This document shows positions 20,201 to 35,200 of a DNA stretch of 64,000 nt, piece after piece. This stretch comes from Candidatus Obscuribacteraceae bacterium. GTDB lineage: Bacteria > Cyanobacteriota > Vampirovibrionia > Obscuribacterales > Obscuribacteraceae. The DNA lies in NCBI GenBank assembly GCA_044226015.1, contig JBGAHS010000008.1, forward strand, positions 160,001 through 224,000. Reading direction: 5' to 3'. The stretch's first letter is position 1. Every line of letters begins with the position of its first letter. The notes under the pieces were generated by a model, which searched no databases, had not been told where the DNA came from, and was given only the letters and a program-made list of their open reading frames with translations. The translations under genes and the position numbers were made by a program.

Positions 20201-23200
20201 TCTTGACAGATGTGGACAAAATCACAGCGAGCGCAACAGGCGGCTCTGTCTATATCACTGACATCGGCGCCGCTCAAATCGTCGGAACGAACAGCGCACA
20301 AAATGTTTACAGCGTGATCGAAAGCGGCGGAAACCTGACTCTAAACTCCGCCATCACAGCAGGAAGCATTGACCTCCAGGTGACTGGTGGCAACGACCTC
20401 GTAATGGGAACGACAGCAGGTACTCTCACCTCTACAAACACTGGCGTCACAATTTCTACAAGCTCTGGCAAAATCATCAGCGCAGGCGGAAACCTTAATG
20501 TTCACGCAAATGGACTGGCGAACATAAATCTGGCTGGTGGCAACATAGACATGACTGGCTCGACCGGCGCTAAGGTCACTGTCGAATCAGTAACCGACAA
20601 TGTCAATTTGAACAGCGCAACTGTCACCACTAAGGGCGGTGATGTTCTATTAAATGGCGGCGTCACTGGTTCCATCGTAAATGTCGCCGGAATCACTACA
20701 AACAACAGCACTGGAGACGCAGGCAGCATCACTCTCAACGCTGGCGGCAACATCACTGTTGGACCGTTGTCAGCGAACGCAACAAGCGCACCTGGTGCTG
20801 GTGGCGCTATAACGATCGATACTCCTGGGTCTTTGTATGTCACAGGCTCTATATCATCGGCAACTGTAGGACCAGCCAAGACAGGCGGCGCTATCAACAT
20901 CGGACAAGGTGTGTCGACTCAGCCAACATCCATACAAATAGATGGAACTATCAGCAGCACAGCAACCAGTGGTGGCACTGCTGGTGCCGTGAATATCAAG
21001 GCAGCTGATGGATCCGGAATAACGGTGAATGGAAGCAATGGTGCACACAACATCGGTGCAGTCACCGGTAATTCCGTCGCGATAGAAAACATCGCATCCG
21101 TCACGCTACTTGGCACGACTGATGCGATTATCGCTTCGACAAGCGCTTCGGTTAAGGGGACTTCTATTGATACTGATGCAGCTACGCACGGCGCAATCAA
21201 TGCCAAGTCCGTCACATTGACATCGACATCTGGGTCAATTGGAAGCACTGCTCCGATTTCGACAGAGGGCTCAACGTCAACGACGATAAGCGCGGCAACT
21301 TTCGCAAAGGTCACCAGTCAGACAGCAACAAACGTAGACCTTTCGGTCACGAGCTTGGGTACAAACCTGAATTTCGTCAACTCTAGTGGTAGCAACGTCA
21401 ATATCGCCAGCGATATTACAAGCAGCAGCAATGGCGATATCAATATCATTGTGCTAGGTACGGGCTCAATAACCTCAACCAGCAATAAGAATCTGTCGAC
21501 TTCAGCTGCCGCGGATGCAGATGGAGGCGATATCACCCTCACAACGTCTGATGGAGATATCAATCTCGGAACCGGCAGCCTCAACGCAAGCGGCACTGCA
21601 GGCGCTGGCAACAACGATTCAGGTTTCATCGTCCTCACGGCAGGAACGAATGGTGCAATCACAACGGGGTCCATTTCAGCTAATGCAGTAAACGCAGGAA
21701 ACTCCCAGGGCATCTCGCTTGCAGCAAAAGCGATTCACACAGGAGCGCTCTCTGCGAACTCCGACTCAGGCACAGCAGGCGACATTTCTGCACTTTCAGA
21801 TACAACTATTCAAGTCGACGGCAATATCTCGTCGCTCTCATCAGGAGCGAAGGGCATGGTTACCCTTACGGAAGACTCGGCTAGTGCATTCAACTTCAAT
21901 ACTGGCTCAGCCGCAGCGAACTCTGTGCAAGGCTCAATTTCCGCAGGCGATGTGAGCATCACAAACTTCGGGGGTGACGTCAACTTCACCGGTGGTGGTG
22001 CATCAGACGCTATCGCACAATCGACTTCAATAACCGTCGTCGCTGGCGTGGCGGGTACTGTCGCAGGCAGCATCACATCTGATGGAACAACCCACAGCCT
22101 CATCAACTCTAGTGGAACGATCGACCTAACAGCCTACAAGGGCGGCACAATCGGTTCTTCAACCAATGCAGTCAACCTGGCTACTGGAGCAGGAGACACC
22201 GTGCAATTGTTCACCGAAGGGGCGACCGGTGACATGTTTGTTAGTGATAAGGGCACTGGTTCTCCAACCAACTTAGTGGTCACAAGCCTCGGTAAAGACC
22301 TCACTTACACCAAGTCTTCGGGAACCCTGAATCTAGGTTCTAACATAACCAGTCTAAACTCCGGAACTGTCAAGATCAGCATCAGCGCTGCTGGCGACAT
22401 CGACAACTCTGGAAACAAGACGATTACTGCAGGTGCATTCAATCTAAGCACCACTAATGGCACTATAGGTACGAGTTCCAATCCGATCCTATCTGATGTA
22501 GATAAGATTTCTGCCAGCGCGGGTGGCGCAACAGGCAAGGTCTTCATCAACAACACCGGAGCTGCCCAAATCGTCGGCACTAACGGCGCAACAGGCACAT
22601 ACCAGTTGAAACAAACCACTGGAGACCTGACACTCAACTCGTCAATTTCCGCAGGAGATATTGACATACAATTGTTGACCAGCGGCAACGACTTCATCAT
22701 GGGAAGTACCGCAGGCACTCTGAGTTCTAACACTACTGGAGTGACCATCACCACCACAAATGGCGATGTACTCAGCAGCGGTGGAAGCTTCAAGATAAGC
22801 GCTACAGGTTCAGCTGATATCAACTTAGGTTCAGGCGTCATCGACCTCAGCGCGACTTCTGGCGCACAGGTCAACATTGCGTCTGGACTTGCAGGAAGCA
22901 TCAACCTTCATGGCTCGACAATAAAAACGCTTGGTGGTCTTGTGTCTCTGCAAGGCGGTGGAAGCATACTTAACGGAGCTGCTATCACTACCAGCAACAA
23001 TGCTGGTGATGCAGGAGCCATCACGCTCAAATCAGGTGCAAACATCACTGTCGGAGCACTCACTGCAGATGCCACTTCAGCAGCAGGAGCTGGCGGCGCT
23101 GTCAGCATAGATGCAACGGGTACAGTCCACGTGACTGGAGCGATATCTTCAGCAACGGTAGGACCGGCAACTACCGGTGGGGACATCAAGATTGGAAACA

Positions 23201-26200
23201 CACTTCAGCCTACTGGATTGCAAATCGACGGCACAATCTCAAGCACAGAATCAGCTAGTGGAACGGCCGGCTCCGTCAACATCAAGGCAGCCGTAGGTGG
23301 CGGACTTACTGTCAATGGTACTACCGGACCTGACAACATCGGGGCGATCCAGGGCAACACAGTCTCTATTGAGAATACGGGAGCAATTTCGCTTCAAGGC
23401 GCTTCTGAGTCCATAAAAGCAACAAGCTCAGCCTCAGTCAAAGCTGCATCTATTAACACGAACGCAGCAGGCAACGGTGCCATCGATGCGCTTTCCGTCA
23501 CACTACAAACCAATTCCGGTGACATTGGTGCCGCATTTGCAATTTCGACAAAGAACGCAACGTCAACAACTATTGACGCAGCAAGCTCTGCAAGTGTCAC
23601 AAGCTTGACGGCAACGAATGTGAATCTTTCGGTGACTAATCTCGGAAACAATCTAACTTTCGTGAATTCAAATGGCAGCAATGTCAATTTAGCTAGCGAT
23701 ATCACAAGCAACAATAACGGAAATGTTTCAATTTCTGTCGCGAATTTAGCGGGCGACATTAGCTCCACCGGAAACAAGAACATCTCGACCGCGGCATCGG
23801 CAATAGCTGATGGCGGAGATGTGATGCTGTCGACTCACACTGGCAATATCAATCTTGGAACTGGCTCAATAAATGCCAGTGGAACAGCAAGCAACTTCGG
23901 TTCAGGCACTATCCAACTACTTGCAGGCACAACTGGTGCAGGCAACATCACTACCGGTAATCTGACCGCGAATGCGTCAGGCACGGGCACATCGACCGGA
24001 ATACAGCTGACAGGAGACATAATAACTGTAGGTTCTATATCCGCAACCTCCGGCTCGGGCACAGCAGGAAACGTTGATATCGTTGCAACAGAAATTCACA
24101 CTGGAAGCATCACGACAACATCAAGTGGTGCAGCTGGACATGTCGACTTGAGCTCCACATCTACTATTCAGGTGGACGGCAATATCACAGCAACAGGTGC
24201 GTCTAGTGGCTACGTGAGTCTGGCTGAACAATCAGCAACTCCATTCTCGTTCAATTCAGCAACAACCGGCACCAACACAGTGTCTGGCACCATCGCCGGT
24301 GGAGCAGTGAGTATCACCAACACTGGTGGCGACATCTCGTTCGGAGGCAATGCTGCGTCCACTGTGTCTCAATCAACATCGATTGTCGTAACAGCAGGCA
24401 AGGCGGGCACAGCAGGGTCAATCGACTCATCTTCAACATCTGACAATTCTGCGCTCATCTCAACTGGCACTATCATTCTCAACGCAAAAGACGGCGGTGC
24501 GATTGGTGCTAGCAACGCAGTAAAAGTAACCACTGCAAACAATGGAGTCATTGAGATATCCACATCTGGTGCCACGGGCAATGCCAAAGTCCAGGATATA
24601 GGCACGGGAACAACCACCAAGCTTCAAGTAACTTCACTCGGAAACAACTTGAGTTTCACGAAGGTCAACGGTGGAGATCTTCAAATTGACTCTGGCATTA
24701 CTTCAGGCACCACCACCGGCACTATACAGTTGGGTGTAACAGGCGGCGCAGGTTCAATAAAGAATCCAAACAACTTCACACTAACCTCTTCAGGAGCTAC
24801 AGGTGCCGTAGTACTTTCGACGGCTGACGGCAACATTGGTACATTGGCGAACCCAATTCTGGTAGACACCCGCAATCTGAGTGCAGCTGCAGGTGGAGCT
24901 GGAACAAACGTCTATGTTTCTAGCACCGGCGACACCACAGTCACGGGAACCAACAGCGCAGGCGGTACATACCAGTTGGCGAACGCCGCTGGAGACCTGA
25001 TAATTGACACGGCGATAAGCGCAGGCGACGTCCTGCTGCAAACAACCACGGCTACCAAACAAATCATAATGGCCGCTTCGGCCGGAACAATACAATCTTC
25101 GTCTGGCGCAGTAACTCTTCAAACAAACAATGGAAACGTTTCCAGTTCAGGTGGCAACCTCACCGTATTAGCAGCGAACGGAGCAAACTTCGTATTAGGC
25201 AGCGGTGATGTAGCATTCACCAGCGCAGGAGCGAAGGTTTCAGCAACTGCGACCACAGGTAACGTAGACCTGAACGGCTCTGATATCTCGACCACTGGCG
25301 GCAACATCAATTTACAGGCGACTGCAGGTTCCATCTCGAATGGTGGAGCTATCTCATCCAACAATGCTGCAGGTGATGCAGGCTCCATCACGCTGAATGC
25401 GAATTCAAATATAACAGTAGGTGCCGTGACCGCTAGTGCTACATCTGCAGATGGAGCAGGTGGTGCCATCAGTATCGATGCCCTTGGCGCCATCACCATT
25501 GGCGGTGCAGTCAGCTCTGCCACCATCGGCGTTGGCAAAACGGGCGGCGACATCAAGATCGGTCAGAGTGCCATGCCAACGACAGGTCTACAGATAGACG
25601 GCGCTATAGCCAGCACAGCAAGCGCGAGCGGACTCGCTGGCGCAGCTCAAGTGAAAGCTGATAGACCACTTTTGACCGTAAACAACGGTACGGGCGCTGA
25701 TCACATAGGCGCAATCGCAGGTGAATCTGTAACGCTTACGAACACCGGAAATATCTCTCTTGAAGGCGGCACTAACGCCATCACATCAGGTTCTAGCGCA
25801 GTGATCACTGGAGCCGCTATTGACACGAATGGGGCTGGAAATGGAGCGATACAAGCACCATCGGTGACACTTCATTCGACTTCGGGAGATATTGGCGCAA
25901 GTTTTGCAATCTCTACAAAAAATGCGACAGCTGTAGATATTGATGCCGCAGGCTCCGCCAAGGTTACAAGCTTGACCGGCACAAACGTAGATTTAACAGT
26001 CAGCAAGCTCGGTAACAACCTGACGTACCTCAACAATGCAGGAGGAACACTCACCCTTGCTAGTGATATCTCCAGTTTGAATAATGGAAACATCACCATC
26101 ACAAATACCGGTGGTCACATCGTCTCGGCTGACAAAAACATCTACTCATCAGTGAAGTCGAACGCTGCTGGCGGCAATGTGAACCTCATCGCAACTGGCG

Positions 26201-29200
26201 GCAAGAACATCAACCTCGGTGCGGGCATTATCGATGTTAGCGGAAATGGACTGGGTAACAACGGCTCAGGCGGCGTCTACATCGAAGCCAAGGGTGGATT
26301 AGTAAAAACGGGCACAATCACAGCCAATGCTGTTAACGCTGGTCTTACAGCTGGTATTTGGATCGAATCCGACAACGTTTACACCGGAAGCCTGACAGCG
26401 AAAGCAGATGCGGGTGCAAGCTCCACAATAACCATTAAAGCTGTCACTGGAATTCAAGTTGACGGTGATATTAATGCCACAGCTACGAATCCATTAAACT
26501 CAGGAAGCATCTCTATCACAGAGAACTCAAGCTCCACACTAAACTTCAATGTTGCCACTGCTGCTCCAAATTCCATCATGGGCACAATCGCAGGCGGTGC
26601 GGTGACCATAACAAACAAAGGAAGCGGCGGAGTCAAATTCTTAGGTGAGGGCTCGACAAACGCGATAAGTCAATCAAACTCAATCACAGTCACTGCAGGA
26701 GACAATGGGGCTGTTTCAGGAAGCATAAGCTCTGACGGCAGCAACAAGAGCATGCTTGTCTCGACTGGTAATATCATTCTAGTGGCAAACTCTAGCGGAC
26801 CCGGCCTAGGTGGTTCGATCGGAGACTCGACAAACTCAATTATCATCCAGACCGCAACCGGTAAGAACGTAACTGTAGAAACCGATTTCGTAAACCATGG
26901 TGGCGATGTTTTTGTTGAGGACAGAGGAACCGGAACAACAAACCTGTTTATCGGATCTAGCGGCTTGGGTGGTGACCTCACCTACAAGAAGACTGCAGGT
27001 GGAGACCTCAAACTAAACACCAACATTGAAGGTGCTGGATTTGCCAGTGTAACCTTCAGCATAAGCGGCGGCACTGGTTCCATAGACAACAGCCTCGACA
27101 AGATCATAACTGCTAACAACAAACTTGATCTAAGCACGTCTGATGGTAGCATCGGCACGCTAGCCCACCCGATACTCAGCATCGCTGCTAATCTGCGTGC
27201 ATCAGCTGGCGGCACAAGCTCCAATGCTTATGTCAACAACGGCGCTGACGTCACTATCTATGGCAGCAACGGAGCTGGCTCAAACTACCAGGTAGTAAAC
27301 AGCACCGGAACTCTAACCATCGATGGCAGCATAACAGCTGGTAGTGTTCTTCTAAATAACCAGATCAACGGCGCTGCAATCATCATGGGCAGCAATGCAG
27401 GTACGATTCAATCGACCAGTGGCGGCGTTACCCTCATGGCGAACAATGCAGAAATCAATAACACTGCTGGTGGCAACCTCACCATAGATGCAAATACAGG
27501 AGCAAGCATTCAGCTTGGGACTGGTGACATCGCGCTCGGTGGCACAGGAAAAGTGAGCATCACAGCCAAGGGCGGCAACGTCGACCTGAATAACTCCGAC
27601 ATCTTCACCGAAGGCGGCTTGGTACTGCTTGATGCGAGCCCATCTGCAAGCGGATCCATAGTCAACGTCGGCATCATTCAAACGAATGCAGGCGCCACAA
27701 CTGATGGTGGCTCAGTCACCCTCAAGGCTGGAAGCAGCACCAGCGGCAACATCACAACAGGAACCATCACTGCCAGCGGCGGCAGCAGCAACGGCAAGGG
27801 TGGCGCGGTCAGCATAGACGGTGGTGGCACTATCACCATCCCATCGATCACATCCGACGGAACCGGAGGCAACAACGGCGGCGCGGTATCAATAGGTACA
27901 AATACTGCATTCACTTCTCTATCAATGACTGGAAACATCAGCACAAGAGGAGAAAGCTCAGGCGCTGGTAATACAGTAACACTCAAGGGATCAGCTTCAG
28001 GAGCGATCTCAATTCCCGGAGCCATTGACACCAGAGGCGGTAACACCGGTTTCGGTGGTGCGGGTGGCGATGTCACAATGAACGCCGGAGGCACCATATT
28101 TGTTGGTGCCATCACGACTGATGCCTACGGAGCTGGCGTCAATGGTACGAGCGGCAAATTGACTGTCGGCAATTCTCTAGCACCAAGTTCGTTCACCGCA
28201 GGGTCAATTTCTACCCAAGCTCAGACTCCAGACGGACTCGGCGTAGCTAAGGGCGGAGCCGTCACCATCACCGCCGCAGGAGTAATCAACGTTGCAGGCG
28301 GCATCGACAGCCACAGCAACATCTTCCTCGGCAGCACAGGCGGCGCTGTCACCCTCACCAACACCGATAATGTATCGGGAACAACCACCCTTGGACCAAT
28401 TAAGAGCTCTGGTTCAAGCGGCGGACAAATATCTATCAGTGGTGGCTTGAGCATCTCAGTAACTGGCAGTTTAGATGCCCGCGCAACTGCAACAGCAGGT
28501 CCAGGAACTGGCGGACAAGTCACAATCGACAACAGCTCGTCCGCTGGTGGCTCCATCAGCGTAAGCAACAATATATATAGTAAGGGTTCAGAATCAGGTT
28601 CTGGAAGCAAGATAACTTTGAGTGGATCTAGCACCGGCACGATTTCAGTGTTCGGCTCGCTCGATTCGCAGGGTGGAAACTCCGGCACTGGAGGAGCTGG
28701 TGGCGACATCAGCATTAACGCAGGCAGTACAGTCTTCGTTGGCGCAATAGCCACTGACGCTTACGGAGCGGGAGCAGCTGGCAAAGCTGGCTCAGTCACT
28801 GTAGGTGACATCCAGACACCGAGTTCGTTCACCACAACCGCTATCTCCACACAGGCACGAGGAGTTGGCGGTGTAAATGCAAGCGGAGCAGTCAGCATCA
28901 CTGCTGGCAATATCGCTATTGCTGGAGGCATCGCGACTAATGCAAACAGCGTAGCTGGTACCACTGGTGGCGCAATCACCGTAGTGAACAATGCAGCAGG
29001 CAGCACTTCGATAGGTCTCATCAACACAAGCGCTGCCACCGGCGGCACAGTGTCGATGACCGGCGGCTCTAGTATCAGTGCAACTAGCGACATCGACACA
29101 CACGGAACCAACGGCGCTGGTGGAGGAGTCACTCTAGACAACAGCGCTGTCATCGACGGAACAATCAGTGTTAGCGGCGGCATCAACGCAAACGGCACCA

Positions 29201-32200
29201 ATGGCGGTGGCGCAGTTGTTCTCAAAGCCAACAACGTCGCTTCGACCACGTCTACGATTCGCGTGACCAATGGCATCACCACTACAGGTGGCACCGGAGC
29301 GGCTGGCGCAGTCACGGTAGCAGTCAAGAACACCGCAAGCAACCTGATTGTGAACGCTAATACGTCTTTCATAGGCGCAAACATAATCGGCGGCATAACC
29401 AGCACTGGTGCTAGCGGAAACGCCGTCCAAGTTTCGAACTCTGGCGGAAACGTCGAATTTGACCAGGCCGGTAATGCAATAAATGCAACCGGTGCGATAT
29501 CTGTCGTAGCAGCTAACTCGATAATTGGTCACGGCATAGGATTTGGCACACTCAAGTCCGCCACTGGAGTTACACTCAACGCAGGCAATAGCGCGGGCAG
29601 CAATGCAGGAGATGCGATATCCACAAACACGGCATCGCTTACAGCTAATGCAACGCTCGGCTCGGTATTCGTAGACAACACTAACGCTAGTGTGCTGTCG
29701 CTCAAAGCTTCAAAGGCCGGAACAAACTTCACAGTTAGAACCAACAATGGCATTCAAATAGATGGAGACACTGGTTCTTCAGGCAACGGAAATGTATTCC
29801 TCACAACCAGTGCTGGCGATATCACACGCAACCTCGTGACACCATATACGGTGAGCACAGGCAACGGCAATATCACCATCACCGCGCCAGCTGGTAGCGT
29901 AGGTACCGCATTCGGCGGCAACAATGATGTGGCTACGTCCACAGGCTCCAGTGGCTCACTCACATTCCAGGCTGCTAACAGCGTGTTTGTCACCGAGTCT
30001 GGCAGCTCGACAATCGTTGGAACAAATAACGCAAATGGACCAAGTGGCAACGGCTACAATGTGACCTTCGCGACTGGCAACATGACCCTTGCAACAGCCA
30101 TCACCGGCAAGTCTGTTGCTCTGGTTACGCAGGAAGCGAACAAACAGATAGTTATGGGAACAGGCGCTGGAACGATAACATCGACCACGAGCTCAGTACT
30201 GCTCACCACTAATGGTGGCGGAATTATCTCGACAGGTGGTGACCTGAACATCAGCGCAGCCACCAATGCTACCCTGGCACTCAACACATCGACTAACACG
30301 GTTGGCAGCATAGACCTGAGCGGCGTAGCTGGCAAGACCGTGAACATCGTAGCTCCAAGCGGCATCGACCTCAAGGGCGGCGGCAACACAGGGGCCAACA
30401 TCACCACTCTCGGCGGACTCGTACTTCTTCAAGCGGTTGGCGGCGGAGCGACCATCACGAACGTTGGTTCGATAACAACAACCAACACGGCAGGCACCGG
30501 CGGAACTGTGACTGTAAACGCCAACGGTTCTGTCAGCATCGGCGGCGCGATCACCGCTAAAGGCACAGGTGGTGCGGCTAGTGGTGGCGTGATCGCCCTG
30601 ACAGCCGGAGGCGCTAACGGACTCTTTGTCAACGGAGCAATCGACAACACAACTACAGGAACCGGGGTAGGTGGACTTGTCACAGTTACAGATAACTCGC
30701 CGTCAGCACTGACCGTCAATGGTTCGAGTGGTACCAGCCATGTAATTCGTGGCTCAATCACAACCAACGGCACAGTTAACGTAGCAGCAACTGGCGTTGT
30801 CCTCGCAGGTGCCAGTAATGCAATCAACTCTACAGGGGCTTCCTCCGGCATCGGAATCAACGCCAAGACAGGCAGCATCACAGCTGATGCTGCTGGCAAT
30901 GGCGGCTTGAACTCACCTGTAATCGTTCTTACAGGTCAAGCTGGCGTCGGTTCAGTTAGCGGCAATATTCCAATCACGATCACGACCACTGGCACTACAA
31001 GCTTCGGCTCTCTCGCTTCTGGCACGGCGGCAGAAACGTTCATCAGAACAACAAACGGCGGATTGTCAGTTGCAGCGCCAACAGTCGGTGCGGTGCTCGC
31101 TACCGGAATCAGCGGAGACGGTGACATAAAAGTGAACGTCGCAGCCGGCGGCACACTAACGGTCAACACTGGTGACCCGATTATCGCAACAGGTTCAGGA
31201 CGCAGCATCACATTAGGTGCTGACACAATCAACCTAGTCAGCGGTGTGCTCATCAACGCAGGTGCAAACGGCACAGTCAACATCGCTCCGACAACGGCAG
31301 GCAACGCTATCACCGTAGGTGGTGGCGCAGGCTATTTGACTACAACCAACCTGACTACGCAAATTCTGACCAAAGATTTGACAATCGGCAACTTGAGCAC
31401 CTACAACGGAGCCATCACTCTGGGTGCAGCCATTGACACATCATCAGGCGCTGCAGGTTCAGCAGTAGGCAGATACAACCTGTCGATACTCACGCAGAAA
31501 TCAATTGATACCAACACATTCTCAATCACGACTGGTGTCAACAGTATTACATTGAATGCGACCGGCAGCTCACAAGCTGTTGATGTTGACCAGGTAAGCA
31601 GTACCAGTGGTGCGATCAACATTCTAGGTAATGGCATCAACCTCAACCAATCTATTAATGCTACGACTGGAGGCAAAATCACAATTGCTTCGACCGGCGG
31701 CGCAATCACGGGCAACGCTCAAGCGATTGGAAGCGTTGGCAGCGGCGACATCATCATCGACAACAACGGTGGTTCAATTAGCAACATTGGCGCAGTAAGC
31801 GGCGCAGGATTCGTTCGTATCGGCACATCGAATGGAACTAGCAGCACCGCAACTGGCGTTAGCATCAGCACAATCGACAACACCAGCGGGACCGGCGCAG
31901 TCGTCGTTCTAACTGATGTAGGCGGCATCACGACTGGCAAGATTGACTCCAATGGTGCAGTCACAATCAAGGCTACAAACAACAGCAACAGCGGAGCTGT
32001 AGTTGTGGGCGGTGACATCACAAATACTGGCGGAACGGGTTCAGTAGTGGTCGACTCTGCCACAGGCTCAGTAACAACAGCCAGAGTAGAAAGCCATGGC
32101 GCGATCACACTGGGCAACACAAGCGGCGGCACTGGTGTCACCATCAACGGAGCAATCCTGAACACGGGCGGCTCTGGAAACATTCAACTTCTAGCCAACT

Positions 32201-35200
32201 CAGGAGATATCTCCGGCTTACACACTCTAACGTCAGTCGGTGACCTCACCATTTCAAATATTAACGGCTCAATCGGTAGCACAACTGCAATCGGTAACTT
32301 GTTTGGCGGTGGAGCTGGCAAGACCATCACGGTCAACGCAGGAAGCACAGGCAGAGTTGGCAGCATCACCAACGACAGCGCAAGCGGCAATGGTGGCACA
32401 ATCACAGTCACCACAACTGCTGCCTTCCAATCGACCGGCGCTGTGAGCGCGCAGAGCACGGCCGGCAGTGCATTCAGCGGCGGTATCATCAGCATCAAGA
32501 GCAGCTCAGGTACAGTTGAGGTCGACGGTTCCGTCAACAGCAACACAACCGGCACGGGCACTGCAGGTAGCATCAGCATCGATGCAGGAACAGGCACACT
32601 CGAAATAAACAAAGGAAGCGCTGGCGCCAATGTCATTCAGGGAACGCTCAGCTCCGACAAGGGTAATGTCATTGTTCAGTCGAACAGCATTCTCTTGAGA
32701 GGTGCTAGCCCAGCAATCACCGGACGCAACATCGGACTTAATGCACGCACCGGTGATATCCAGGCAGCAGTGGCTGGTCAGGGCGGTTTGAGCGCTACCA
32801 ACAACATAGCGATGACTGCGGTGACAGGCATCGGTACTGTCGGCGGCAACCCAATAACCATCAGCTCTAGTGGCAGCACTCTGAGCTCAAAGACAAGCAG
32901 CTCAGGTTCTACCTATATATCTGTAACTAGCGGCAACCTTACTGTCGGCAACGTTTCTGTCGGACCTGTTAACCCCAACACGGGCGTGCAGGCTCCTGGT
33001 TCTATTCAGATTGATGTACCGGGCAACCTCGCAATTCTCGATGGCTCGCCAATCAATACGACTGGTACAAGCCAGACCATCGACATTCACGCCAACAGCT
33101 TCACTGGCTCTGGCACAACAACAACCTTGATTGATGCTGGCAACACGGGCTCTGTCCTCATCGCTCCAACAACGAACGGACAAGCTATCGCACTGGGTGG
33201 CAGCGGCTACCTGAGCGGCACCATGCTATCCAAAATCAAGGCTCTCAACCTTCAGGTTGGTAACCTCGGCACTTACACCGGAAGCGTTACGCTCGCAGGA
33301 CTCATCAACAATGGCACGGCGGCTGCGGGTTCGACAGCTGGTTCTTACAACCTGTCGATTCTCAGCAATGGCACCATCGACACATCTGCGTTCACCATCA
33401 CTACCAATACAAGCAATCTGACGATCGATTCCGAAGAATCTACCAGCGGAACAGCAACCAAGGTTGGTGCCCTCATCGGCACTGGCGGAAATATCTCTGT
33501 CACTGGCAACAAGGGCGTCACACTTGCAGGCGTGATCAACAATGCTGGCACAGGCACCATCAGCGTACTTGCTAAGCAGGGCACGCTCGATGTTCAGAAC
33601 AACACAATCAGCACAACCGGCACGGGCACAGTCACCATCAACAACTTGAATGGTGCAATATCCAACGTCGGTTCTGTTTCAGGTGCCGGAGTGATCAATA
33701 TAGGTAATGCTAGCGGCACAACATCGATAAGCATAACCACCGGCACTATCGACAACACAGCTTCATCCACGAACTCCGCAGTCAACATTCTCAGCAGCGG
33801 AGCAATCAGCGCAGCGGGACGTAGCGTCAATTCTGACGGCGTCATCACACTGAGCGGCAACGGTGGAGTCACTATCGGTGGATTGAACAACTCAGGCTCT
33901 GGAGTTGCAAGTGCCATTCATGTCAACGATGGCACCGAAGGCGGTGCGGTATCAATCGGCGCAGTAAGCAGCGTCGGTTCAATCGCCATCGGCAACAACA
34001 GCAACACAGCTGGTGTCACCCTCACAAACGGGGCAATCGACAACAGCACAGCAAGCACACCGCAGTCGATTAGCATTCGCTCTAACACTGTTGGCATTTC
34101 TGGCAACGGACACAATGTCATTTCAACGGGAACCATCACTCTCAGCTCTAACTCAGGACCGGTCGTCATCGGTGCGCTCAATAACAGCGGCGTTGGCGCA
34201 AGTGGCGATATCTTCGTCAACTCCGGCAGTGAAACTGGTGCAATCACCGTTGATGCTATCAACAGTAGGGGAGACATCAATGTCGGCAACAGCACAGGCA
34301 CCGCTGGTGTAACCCTGACAGGTGTCATCAACAACTCTTCAGCAGCAAGCGCGAAGAATGTGACCATACTCGCTAACAACAGCGGTATCTCCGGTGCTGG
34401 TCAGACCGTCACCTCTATCGGCAACATCACTTTGAGAGCGCCAGGTGGAGTAAATATCGGAGCACTGAATAACTCTGGAGCATCGACTGCAGCTACCATC
34501 AATGTAAATGATGGAACACAGTCTGGCACAATCGCCGTAGCAGGAGCACTCAGCAGAGGCACAATCACGATCGGCAACAGCACTGGAACAAGCGGGGTCA
34601 CTATCAGCGGTGCTATCAGCAACGCGACGGCAGCAAGTGCACAGAGCGTTACTGTACACTCTGCATCTGGCGGCATCAGTGGTGCTGGACAAAGTATCAG
34701 TTCCATCGGCAGCATCGTCCTCGACGGAGTTGGCGGCGTAAACATCGGAGACCTGACCAACTCAAGCAGTACCACTGCAGCAGCAATTCAAGTCAACAAT
34801 GGAACTCAGAGTGGAGCGGTTGCAGTAGGCAACGTGAACAGCGTTGGCGCCATCAGTATTGGTAATAACACCGCCACAGCAGGAGTAACGCTGAACGGAA
34901 ACATCAGCAACGTAACAGCCTCTACACCGCAAAGTGTCAGCATTCTTTCTGACTCAGTGGGCATCAGCGGCGCTGGCAAGACGGTAAGCTCACTCGGCGG
35001 CATCACATTGAGTTCTGACACTGGCGCTGTCAGCATCGGCGCACTGACCAACAATGGTGTGGGTGCAGCGGGCGACGTTAACGTCAACTCTGCGGCTGAA
35101 ACCGGGGCTGTCAGCGTCGGAGCCATCAATAGCAAGGGCGCAGTCAACGTTGGAAACACCGCTTCTGCTTCCGTAACTCTAAATGGTCTCATCGACAACA

